Shown piece by piece: positions 50,901-61,600 of a stretch of DNA of 64,000 nucleotides. The DNA is from Styela clava (Eukaryota), in contig NC_135259.1 of the NCBI RefSeq assembly GCF_964204865.1, forward strand, positions 7,750,001-7,814,000. The letters are read 5' to 3'. The notes under the pieces are model-generated. The model saw nothing but the letters and a program-made list of their open reading frames with translations. It had not been told where the DNA came from and did no database searches. The first letter of the stretch is position 1. Every line of letters begins with the position of its first letter. A program made the translations under genes and the position numbers.

Positions 50901-51199
50901 TATTTTTAGCATCTGAAGAAAATTTGAATGTATATGAAAATCACCGAATGAGTATGTAGTATTTCTTTTCTTTATATCGTCATCAAAAAATTACCATTAT
51001 TTTCGTTTTTGTATGCGGGAGAATGCCTTTTCACTCACCTCACAGATTTTTTTTCCGTAATGTAAACGGTGCATGTGAATAAAAGTACAATGAAGATAAG
51101 AATATTGAGACTACGTTTTCTTCCCCCTAGTCTTAATGAACGTGGACACAACAGCAATGCATTTCTGGCGCTTCTGCTTATTCTCTGTAGCAACGTCAT
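41913..51199 (-). CDS. GT7-family beta-1,4-galactosyltransferase-like type II membrane protein with long C-terminal extension; two predicted isoforms (~867 and ~895 aa)
   Basis: Exons (minus): 51199-51039 (cytoplasmic tail and TM), 50037-49739 (Q/E-rich stem), 49338-49224, 49133-49010 (KVAVIIPFKDR), 48619-48454 (FNKA...FHDVD), 48210-48054 (FGGV, WGWGGEDND), 47942-47850 (GRYMMIPH), 46969-46779 (DGLSDLQY...YTKLIIDI), then either 46202-45673 or 45458-44845, then 44188-44113, 43781-43671, 43471-43345, 42997-42874, 42487-42329, 42083-41913. All junction phases are compatible; the last three exons are less certain. Confidence 0.88.
44845..45458 (-). CDS. GT7 gene alternative exon 9b: PAN/apple-like 4-Cys module, variant B
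   Basis: TTCAG acceptor (phase 1), GAG|GTATTT donor (phase 0); RCRWETY...AKSACDKMQALCGGI...YTLRKKG...AYVKYCPG...HYFAFKIDIE. Confidence 0.8.
45673..46202 (-). CDS. GT7 gene alternative exon 9a: PAN/apple-like 4-Cys module, variant A
   Basis: CTCACAG acceptor (phase 1), GTGAGT donor (phase 0); PCRYEKF...AQDLCDKLVPECSGV...YSLRRG...AYLRYCPG...HYSFDLHFQ. Confidence 0.8.
47370..47782. mobile_element. hAT-type MITE in a GT7 gene intron
   Basis: TIRs CAGGGGTTCCCAAAC / GCTTGGGAAACCCTG; GGGGTCGC subterminal repeats; perfect 8-bp TSD GACTAGAC at 47362-47369 and 47783-47790. Confidence 0.9.
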
Positions 51200-54100
51200 C
51201 TTCTTCAAATAGGGATTTTTTAGTTTATGGAATGTCAACAATTTGTTCGTAAAATTCAAGATTTTCCTATATATTTCATACCGAAGTTTAGATGTTGTTA
51301 GTAGTTACTAGAATGAAAGAATTTGTTTTTTGTTAAAATGTTATACTTTGAACATTCTATGAGATTATACGTGAAATAACTTTCATTCCGGTATGTAAGA
51401 AACTAGACAATCAAATTAGCCTGTCCATATTTGATTTTTAGGTCCCAGTACTCGCAGTTAAATATGAAAGCTTCATATCTATATCTCATTACTCATAATA
51501 CTGTTCACTATACGAATACACGCTTTTCTGAAAAATTACTGCCTATATGAAGTTATCCCTGCTCGTGATAGTAGAGCATATATTTGCTTTAACTATCTTT
51601 CAAATCTTGTCAACTACATAAATGATTTTCTATACCAACTTCCAGCACACAGTATATTTTCTAATACCTATTCACCTAATCGTTTTGCATATGTGCTCTT
51701 TAGTTGCAAGAAGACATACATCTGTATTTTTGTTCCCGTTTTTGATGCAGTAAAGGCAGTTTTGGTACTTTAGTTTCTATTATGTTCTGTCTTAAAACCA
51801 CTCATGCAATTGAGTATATTTCTGAATAATTCATAAAGCGAGCACTGTAATCAAAATTTCTAATCGGTACATTTTGTCGCAAGTTCTTAACCCTCAGAAT
51901 AGACATTCAATTATCACAGAAAAATAGTTTTCCAGATTTCTATCGCGCGGTGTTGCTTCTGCGTCGAACCCCTCAGGGTGTTATAATATAACGAACGTGT
52001 ATCATATTATTAATAAATATGCCCCGCAGCTATACTGGACCGATAACCTGATCGGCAAGCTTCCGTGATATTATATTGAAAAGCAACAATTTTACGACCA
52101 TTTTCGTGTAACAACAATATGTTTCAAAGTTTTTATTTTGGAAAATTCTATCTAAACTCAACGTCAAATAACTATTTTGAAATTCGGAACTCACTTGACA
52201 ATTCCATCGGCGCACTTGGTGCTGAAATGTATGTATAAGCTATAAAATAACTTACATTGAAATTGGTGTACATTACTTTTGTCAGCGTACGTTGAAACAA
52301 GTAAATACTCACAAAAGCCTAGTTAAATAAAGTATGAAATGATTTATTCCAATATTCCCACGTTAAACCAATTTATTTGCCTCACACATGATTCTATGCC
52401 AAAGACAACCTGGCAACTGAATGTCAATTCAGGATTTTTTACAGTATGTTTTTATCTGGAATAATTTGTAATAAGATCCGTCAGGGGCCTCGTTCTGTAT
52501 TTACCTTCATATAAAAACAAGACTATCTTAAGGTTTTAGAAGTGAGAACGAAGTGATATTAAAAATTGGCGTATTTAATCTTGCTTACATCTACAAATGC
52601 ACCAAAAACGTTGGTAATCGCGTTGTTGAAACAAAACATCTGATTACGACACCAAAGAAGTTGATATGAAATGAATAATATATACTATTTCAAATAATAA
52701 CAAAAATCAGCTATTCGATTTTGCCTATTTTTGCCATCGTACAATTCAATCTTTGCTTGCTTTTGGAATATTACTCTCCCGTTTTAATCGTTGTCTTCGC
52801 TTATCTATAGTGTTTAATTAGTATATCTACGGTACTGCCTATTTCTAAAGTTTGTCAATTGCATAATGAAAATTTGAGATTTTATCAAAAAGTTTCTCTC
52901 CTATAAAACGGTAGTCAAACTGCATATAAATAATTGATGAGAAATGAAATAGTTGTTTTAAAATGTCTGAATATCGAACACATATAGCGATTGCATCGAA
53001 TTGTCGAACGAGAAATTACTGCAGTCGTTTGGGCCAGATAACAAACATAATTCTGTATTTTCTTATATATGTCTAGGCCCCATTATCTATACCAAAAATG
53101 TTTTGGTACAAATAAATAAAAACGGATTGAATATATATTGTGATATTTTAATAGATGGATTATCTTTATTTAGCATAACAAACAACAATCAACAAATAAA
53201 GTTTAATTGCAGACATATAAACGACAACAATGTATACCGAAAGAGTTTAATCCAAATTATAAAATCTTAAAATTTAACGTTTTGGGTAGTAAAGCTTGAT
53301 AGGCGCAATTTCATAAATTATTCGTATAAACAATGATAACATGCGACTAATCCAGCCAACTACATTTCTTAATTAAAAGCACATTTTGATTTTTGATTAT
53401 TCTTAATTTATTCACTCCATGCAAAAGTCAAGCTAACCAAATTTCTGCATTAGAACAACTAGCACAGACGAAATTCAAATGTTCTTTGCATTCAACTATC
53501 GCATTGAAATGAAACATCTAACAAAATGAGAAAATATATTTCTATAGCTGAGCCCTCAGGTCGCCGATACGCACACATATAAACACGTAGTCAAAGGTTT
53601 AGAATAATTTATGTAAAATTTGTCGTGGTTAAAAATAAGAGTCAATGTGCTTCAGTTTGTTAGCAATTCTCAACAAAATAAGGCTTAACAGTCATAACGC
53701 TGTTGTATGAACGAGCAAGTCTATTTGTTGAATATTGCCTAGCCTCTCTTCCAATGAGGTAGTTTTCTTCATTAGTCAGTTTTTTAACGTTGCCAAAAAC
53801 AATGGAATTATAAATTTATTAATTTAAAGACAAGAACGGAAGGGCACCATACAGCTACAACAATCCAAATGCGATACAGAATTGCATCAGTATATATCTA
53901 AAAAAAATCTTTTTTTAACTAATCTACTGCAACTGCAGGCAAGTTCTATTCTGATTTGAGAGAACAACATTTTCAACTATCTCTGAAGCATACACAACTG
54001 TACAACCTATGCAGAACTAGACTTCAAAATGAATAGTAAATTCTAGCTTATTGGACACGTGAGTGGACCTATGGATCGTTTCAGTATTAATGGTGTTTGT

Positions 54101-54335
54101 TAGATTTGACCTCGCGCGCCTCACACTTTTGACCCTTAATATTTCTCTATTATCTTAACAATGCCCGACAAATTATGTTCTATCTTTATTATCTTAATTT
54201 CCTGTTGACAGTGACTCATTATTGTGCCACGGTAAATAAAACTTTTTCCCCGGGTTTTAAGATAACGCTTTTCTGATTCTTTGTTCTATACGACACTGCG
54301 GAATTGTGGAAAGTGTCGTTTAATATTGAGATTTG

Positions 54336-54445
54336 GGTAGATCTGAAGTATGCGCACCAAGATGTCGCACAACCTGAACCCTAACCTGGTACACAAACTG
54401 AGTTCAGGTTGTGCGCCATCTTGGTGCGCATACTTCAGGAGGTCC
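54336..54445. mobile_element. 110-bp hairpin MITE related to the 20531 family
   Basis: CTGAAGTATGCGCACCAAGATG.CGCACAACCTGAAC is mirrored almost perfectly; the loop contains CCCTAACCTGGTACAC; GG...CC ends; perfect 8-bp TSD GAGATTTG at 54328-54335 and 54446-54453. Confidence 0.88.
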
Positions 54446-55026
54446 GAGATTTGCCCTGGATTTAGTTAATCATAAGGGTGCGCGTTTCGTGAAATCTGCC
54501 ATATAAATTTAGCTTAATTAGGTCCTATTTAGTATTGGCGATTATTTCTTGTTATTGTGAATGGTATATTATCATTATTTCATTGCTTATTTATAGTGCA
54601 TCCGTGTCGTTATAAATTAGTTTTATCGTTGGTCTTCAAGTTTCTGTGCTGTAGCAACCCTTTACTCATATGTGGAGAATGATGAATACAGTTTGTTTTC
54701 TAAGGATCTCGTTGCCTCTTTACTACTTTGGTTGTGCAGTTACTAGAAGCTGGGAGATTGCGCATAATTCTTCAAAACGGATGCGGGTGAAAATACAGAA
54801 ATAGGACTCAACTACAACAACGTTGAATGGATTGGAATTCACGTTCCAACTTCACAGTGTTGTTGATGTTCTTCTTCTTGTTCTTCTTTGTCAAAGAAAA
54901 ACGCTTTTCTCTTTTCGCTTTTTAAAATTTTCAGTGCTTGGAGATTAAATTTTTCGCTAGAAGGCTAATACTTTTATTTATTTTAAATATTCCAGTGAGC
55001 TGCATATTATTCGTTTTTTGTGTGCT

Positions 55027-55061
55027 ATGACGTCATCCGAATTTGCCACTAGGTGGCGCTA
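55027..55061. promoter_or_regulatory. Palindromic CRE (ATGACGTCAT) next to a near-consensus CTCF motif (GCCACTAGGTGGCGCTA)
   Basis: CRE at 55027-55036 and CTCF-like motif at 55045-55061, between the GT7 gene 5' end and the 3' end of the second 7TM gene. Confidence 0.55.
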
Positions 55062-57375
55062 CGTATATATTTTATTTTCTCCGAACTTGAAGCAATGCTT
55101 TTGCGTCGTCTGGTGTCGCTAGTGGTTACTCTTGCGAGGTTGTTTTAATGATAGCCAGTTGCGTTCTGAACACCTCGCTGCAAATAGCTTGGTATTGGTG
55201 GTGAATTTATATATCATTGAAATTAGTAGTTGGATTAATATTTGGCTTATATACGATTGTAAGCTGGTTCAGCTTTATGAAGGGTTATGTATTTTCATGA
55301 ACCTCAAGCAAGAATGAATCGTGGGAAGATCAAAAAGCCACACCCATCAGAACTTCGTCTCCAACTTTTTCTCAAAATCGCAGTTAAATACTCACAATTA
55401 GCGTTTAATCTAATGGTTAAACATGAAAGTATTTTATTACATACTCATTCCAATACGTGGCTAAATAATATTACTTTTCGAAAACTGTCCTTCATCGTGT
55501 GAAATTTCCGATTTGGGATTCTTTTTTTTGAAAGGGCGATGGGTATACGAGTTTGTAACTAAAGGGTTTTTTACGTTTTATAGAGGGAGCTTTCAAACAA
55601 GAAAAAAATTTTCAAACAATTTCCCTTTTCAGAATTTGGGTATTTCAGACGTGCTATGATCCTAATGCAATCAGTAAATACCTTTTTTAAGATGCAAAAC
55701 AGAAATGCAATTTTCTGCGGTTGCACTTGGCCCAAAATCGAAAAGAAAAATTTGCATCGAGGAAAAATGACAAATTCTTATTCTAAGTGTTGCATAAAAA
55801 TTGAAAGATCTCATCGAATGATGCAGATAACTAACTTCTCTTAGATAAAACAATCTTTTAATCGAAATTATCCGCAACAATGTGGATAAATCTTCAATTT
55901 AGGCTTGCTATGCTGAATGCTTTTTATATTTCTAACCCCGTATTGTTGTTTCATTTTATAACTAATACCACACCCGACTACGAAAACTTGACCTGATCAA
56001 CTACCCTGATACTTCATTTGGTGTAAAATCTAAGTCAATCATGTCATACAGCGATACTTATCTTATTTTAATGAGAAAATTATTCACTTATGAGAAATTT
56101 TTACCTAAGTGGGAATAACTATAAACCTGACCCTAAAGAGGTGGAGGTCAAAATTAAATAAAACCAATAATGACGACACAGACACAGAATTTTATTTAAG
56201 TATTCAAAAATAGGAAAAATAAAATACAATACTCAATACTGTTCAATACACTGATGAAACTTTATTGTTTGTATTAATTTAAGATAGGTTACGATTACAT
56301 GTGGAATAGTTGCAAAACAAGGAACGACACACAGAGACATACCGGAAGCAAGAAAATTCTGAACTTAACAAAACTTGAAATAATGTCATTATTTAATTAA
56401 CATAGCTTTATTGAAAACAATGATAGGATGAGAGAAAAAAACAAAATGGCAACGTTTTGCTAATAAACTGTTGACATAAAAATAATCACAGAATATACAC
56501 CAGACAACATAACGAAAAAATTCGAAGTAAATAATAAATTGAAGTCAATGCTCAGTCATGAATGCAGAGAAATATATTGCAGCAATTACAAATAATACGA
56601 TTTTTTTTTACACACACTATGAAGGCCTATAATAATTTTTAAGTCGACATGGTTTCAAATAATTACATATTGCAACAATTGTTTTTTTTTATTTTAATAA
56701 TTATTATTAAATTTTTAATTTTTTTTTTATTATTTTTTATCGGATCGGAATCCTCTGCCGACGGTAAGCTATAAGCATAAATTTAAACCTAGTTTCACAA
56801 TATTTTTAAATGTGTGTTTGTGTATATCGTGAATTGAATAGAATAAATAAACAAATGTTATTTTCACAATTTAAAAAAGTATATTTCCAATTTTTTCAAA
56901 ATCACATGACTGGATGACGTAATATTTCCGACGATTAGTTCTTGTGATACTGCAATGATTATTTTAAAGTTACATTAACAGTAAAAGGGAATGTTTTCAT
57001 TCAAATATATTTTGGTTCTATTTCTTCATTCTACATCAAAACAACAACCTAACTAAACAATGTTGATTGACAGATAAAAAATTTTCACAAAAATTTCTTT
57101 TCACTGACGAAAATAATTCTCCTGTAAACATTCACGAAATGACACATCTCAATATAAATGTTAATTTTTTTAAAATAAATTGAAAAAAAAAGAACGGAGG
57201 TCAAACCTCTGAAAATTGGATTATATTTAATTTGCCACTTAGTTGTTTTGAACAAACTCGGGTTGACTCCCAAATAAAGCAATCGCACCTGTAATATATC
57301 GATTTTTCAAATCAATAGCTGTCTAAGAAAAGCGTTCATTACGGTTGTTTTGATCAAGATTTTCGATATTTGATA

Positions 57376-58641
57376 TCACTTATCTTGAGTTGACAAACGA
57401 ACCGTCGAATTTTGTGCTTGTGGAATGTCGTCAGCAGTAACACAAAACGGAAACATAATTTGTGTCCAGGTTTGGTAGGTCCCAATAATACAAATTACGT
57501 TAATGAGTAAATTAAAGTCAGTAGAAACGGCTACTAAAATAACTGGCACGCCCTTGCTTACTACACCATATACAGCAACTAGCGTCATATCCGTAATAAT
57601 ACATATAGCAGTCAGCAGTATCGTACGTCTTATTGACTTAAGGGCTTTTTCTGACAGAGATCGTTCAGAGGTTGTAGCTTCATGGCGTCTCCCAATCGCT
57701 ATCTTGCTGCCCTCACTCTGAGGTTTTACGGAATTAGTGTCTTCAGGAAAAGATGGGGGCTTTGCTACCGTGTTTGGTACATTGCAGGTAATGCTAATTT
57801 CAGTTTGCTTTCCTGACGCGTAGCCCCTTTTGCATTTCCATTTTTGTAGCTTATCCCATGCAACTGGATAAATAAAAAGTGTCATCAACACTACTTGGAA
57901 GAAGGCATTTAATGCCGCGTAACATATAAGAGGCCATCGCTGTTCTTCATCACTCATATCATACAAAGCGACACATCCAACATAATTGTCATTATTTGAT
58001 ACCGTGTTGATACCATGAGCTAGTGTGGATTTGTTAATTCCGTATCGATGTGGTATCCAATTTGCGGCTGCACAAAGTACGCCAAGAATGAGCATCGCAA
58101 CAACAAACAATTTGTTGAAAATGACTAATCTCCGACTGTACAGAAACTTGACAGTGATGGGATCGCAGTAGAATAACCACTGTTTTATCCACAAGAATCC
58201 ATATACCCCAAAATAGGCGAACGCGTATATTGTAACATCCGTGATATCATATACCAATTCACAGATGTCATCTGAATTGGCATTCCAGGCATAGAAAAAC
58301 TTGAGTTGATCTGCCAAACATTTTATTAAAGTCGCAACCGCCGCAAATAAGCAGAAAATTCTCATGAACATTCGAAAATGCCTTCTTTTAGATGAAACAC
58401 TGGCTCTCCTCCCTCTTGGTATTGATTGTTGATCCTTTGTGTTTCCAAATCTGTTTTTGCAACTTGACCACAGCAACCAAGAAAGGCAAATGGAAATGTA
58501 GATCAACATCGCGGTCATGATGCACAGCACCACTTGGCAACAATACCACATGATATTTCCATCGTATAATTTTCCATTATGTATGTTCTGTACCGTGTCA
58601 TTTTTGTTCGGAATTGATACATTTCGTGTAATTAATTTCAT
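57376..58641 (-). CDS. Intronless orphan 7-transmembrane GPCR-like protein (421 aa), paralog of 38205-39623
   Basis: Seven hydrophobic segments, N-terminal sequons (NVS, NDT), TM3 and ECL2 cysteines; shares FLW.[RK]Q..FY..P, QV.L..LF.YP, ITD/TTD and W.Q..FP motifs with the other 7TM ORF. Confidence 0.88.
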   Translation of the reverse strand: MKLITRNVSIPNKNDTVQNIHNGKLYDGNIMWYCCQVVLCIMTAMLIYISICLSWLLWSSCKNRFGNTKDQQSIPRGRRASVSSKRRHFRMFMRIFCLFAAVATLIKCLADQLKFFYAWNANSDDICELVYDITDVTIYAFAYFGVYGFLWIKQWLFYCDPITVKFLYSRRLVIFNKLFVVAMLILGVLCAAANWIPHRYGINKSTLAHGINTVSNNDNYVGCVALYDMSDEEQRWPLICYAALNAFFQVVLMTLFIYPVAWDKLQKWKCKRGYASGKQTEISITCNVPNTVAKPPSFPEDTNSVKPQSEGSKIAIGRRHEATTSERSLSEKALKSIRRTILLTAICIITDMTLVAVYGVVSKGVPVILVAVSTDFNLLINVICIIGTYQTWTQIMFPFCVTADDIPQAQNSTVRLSTQDK

Positions 58642-61600
58642 TTTATTTAAATAAAGTAATAAAACGACTTACAGTCTGTTAAATTAAAAAATAGTATTCA
58701 TTGTGCGATATTTCTAACATACCAAAAACAAAAGAGCAAAGAAATGAAAATTACAGGTTGAATGAATAAGCCAATAGACCTCAATCACCAAAGCATATGT
58801 AGTACATCTTCTGCACGCTGCCTCATCGACAAATGGAATCTACACACTGTTCACTCTATTTAATCTATTGCTTAAATTGTTAGTCATGTTGAATCCGTGA
58901 AACACAATTTTAAAATAACAGTCTTTTAAACAAATTAAACCACTTTAATACCAAGACAGACGTTATGGTTCAATAAAAAATGGCGAGATTAGAATTCGTA
59001 ATCGTGTTGCAAGCTCGAAATATTAATTTCGTTTTATACGTTCCAATGCAGTAATCAAATTAATTCTGTTTCGCCACAGTCTGCTATTCATTGCCTCGTG
59101 CCTGTAACTGATAATGAATATGCATGTAAGCTACAGCTTTTTTCATCTGTTGTGAAGCTAGTTCACATATTTAAAAAAAAAAATATATATTATCAGAACC
59201 AAAAATGGTAAGAACTTGGGTTTATACTCGCTCTTAGTTGATAAAACTATCAGAAGTTTATAAACCCGTCAGGATCATTTTCCAACACACAATTCCATTC
59301 GGTATGATTTCGATTAAATTGTAAAACAAAGTTAGAAGAATAAGCTACATTGGTTCTCTACTCCAGTACAAATGAAAACACCAAATACGCTACATTATAT
59401 GTGTGATAGAAATTTAGTTTAAACATCAATGCACGTTTTCACACAATCGACAATAGTTCCAATAATGAACACAAGAGAAAGTTATTTGTGGAACTACGTT
59501 CAACTATACGGAGTGCGAGTTTATACAATATAAATTCCAAACCATTAAAAAATTTCAACTAACTTATTATTTTAAATTAAAATTCTTTTGAGCTACCTTT
59601 GTTCATTAAGAAAAAACCTAACAGCTATGTAAACCACTTAAATGCTAGCGCAGCAAAACCAAAATCAATGAAAATATGTTACGAATGGGTATTTATGTTG
59701 AAATTTATGTGAATATTTCTTTCCAACAACTGATGCGTTTACAAAACTAAGTACCGATGACGCATGATGTATATCGATAATTTGAATAAGCCCCGAAAGT
59801 GGAAAGACTAGCGTTGTTATTCCTAAGTAACAAGAATGCGACAGTTAAAGCAATCTTGTGGTGTGCTGCTATACAACGAATTTATAATCATCATGATATC
59901 GCAAAGAGCATTATGTATATATTATTTGGTTACGCTTGAAACAGCAATTTTTTATAGAATATGAATGCACAAAAGCTAACATTTGTTCGTTTTTCATGCG
60001 CTCTAAATGCTAATATATCTTATTTTCTATGTATACCTGTCTGTTCTTTCTACCAATTAACCGCGATACAAATTTCTTCAACAAATACGTTACTCTAATC
60101 TCGGTGACTTTTACCAAAGATAGACGCATTAGGATTTATGATCTCCTCTTAAGAATAACGAAATTTTTAAACTGAAGACTATTTTTTGTTTTGTTCACTG
60201 AGTAACGAGACAGTTTGAACATTACTGATTATTTTTAACCTACATCGGTAACGCGATTATAGCTCGCAATATGGTTTTCCCGACATGTTCTTGCTAATCA
60301 ATGCGCAACATTTTGAAGTATCTTCTTCCAATGACGCATACATAACAACACATGAGTAAATCTTTTCTTCTTTGATCAATGAGTAAGAATGAACATAAAC
60401 TTACAAAGTCAGGAAATGGAACAAATCGAAGACTCCTTATTCAAATTGTCAAAGTGGGAGCGTAATATTTTTGACGTGATTATTATAACGTCATGCTAGG
60501 TATATATATATAAATCGCACCCGCACCTGGTGCTCAACGCAGCGGAAGCACAATTTATGAAATGGGTTCAAAGGTCATATCATAAAAAGGGCCTAAACTT
60601 TGACAAGATGAACGGTTACTAGCGTTCATCGGTACTACCCACTATTGGATTCGCGGGTGAAATTGCTCAAAAATATTGTGTTACGCAAGCCATTTACACA
60701 CTTATATTTTATTTAACAAGAACTAAACTGAATGCGCTTTGCAAAAATTCCAAAATGACCGGAAATTGTTCTAAATCGCCTGAGGAAATTGTAATCTGAC
60801 GCAAGTATCGGTGGATTCATTCGCTATAAAACTCAGAGATAATTAACTAACTAGATCTTGTGGCATACAATATTTACAGCATATTTTCAAAATTGAAAAC
60901 CATTTTCTTGTGTATGGTCGGAATAGATTTGTTCTTAGAAACACACGTGATAAAAAGTAGTAAATAACGTTATTTTGACAGATTGGTGAAAATTACTCGC
61001 TATACTCTTCAGAAATGGCATCGAATAGGTTGGAATACAAATTGTCTGGACGGCTCATTTCTATAAATAAATTTACGTTTGACCAATGAACATTTAACAA
61101 TGTAGATATATATTTTCGACGTAGTTTTTAGCTCTCTAAGCGCCATCTTGGTACGAATACTTCGGGAGCACTGAATATTGAATATTATGAGTATAGTCTT
61201 CAATTAAAAAAAAAATAATGTTAACGCACTCTAGAGTCTAGACTAGAGCACAAAACAATGTCATGTTAAATTTACCGGCATTCATTGAACTCAGCCCATT
61301 CTGCTTAACGATTGAAATTTAGCAAACAAATTTCAATAGTAATGTCAACATTCTATATTAGGTTTCTGATGATGCAATATACAAATGACTAGAAAATGCT
61401 GTCACTGAAACTATCTCTTTTCATGACTCATCTTAACGTCCTTTTTTATTTATATATGACCCTAAGGAATTTTGTGCAAATGGAAATGAAATCGATGGAA
61501 AGGAAATGTAAATCACTGACGACATTGTTTCTGTTGTCTGCGTTTAGTGTGACATTTCATGAATATCATTCTTTGTATAAGAATACCATTGGCCTGTTCA

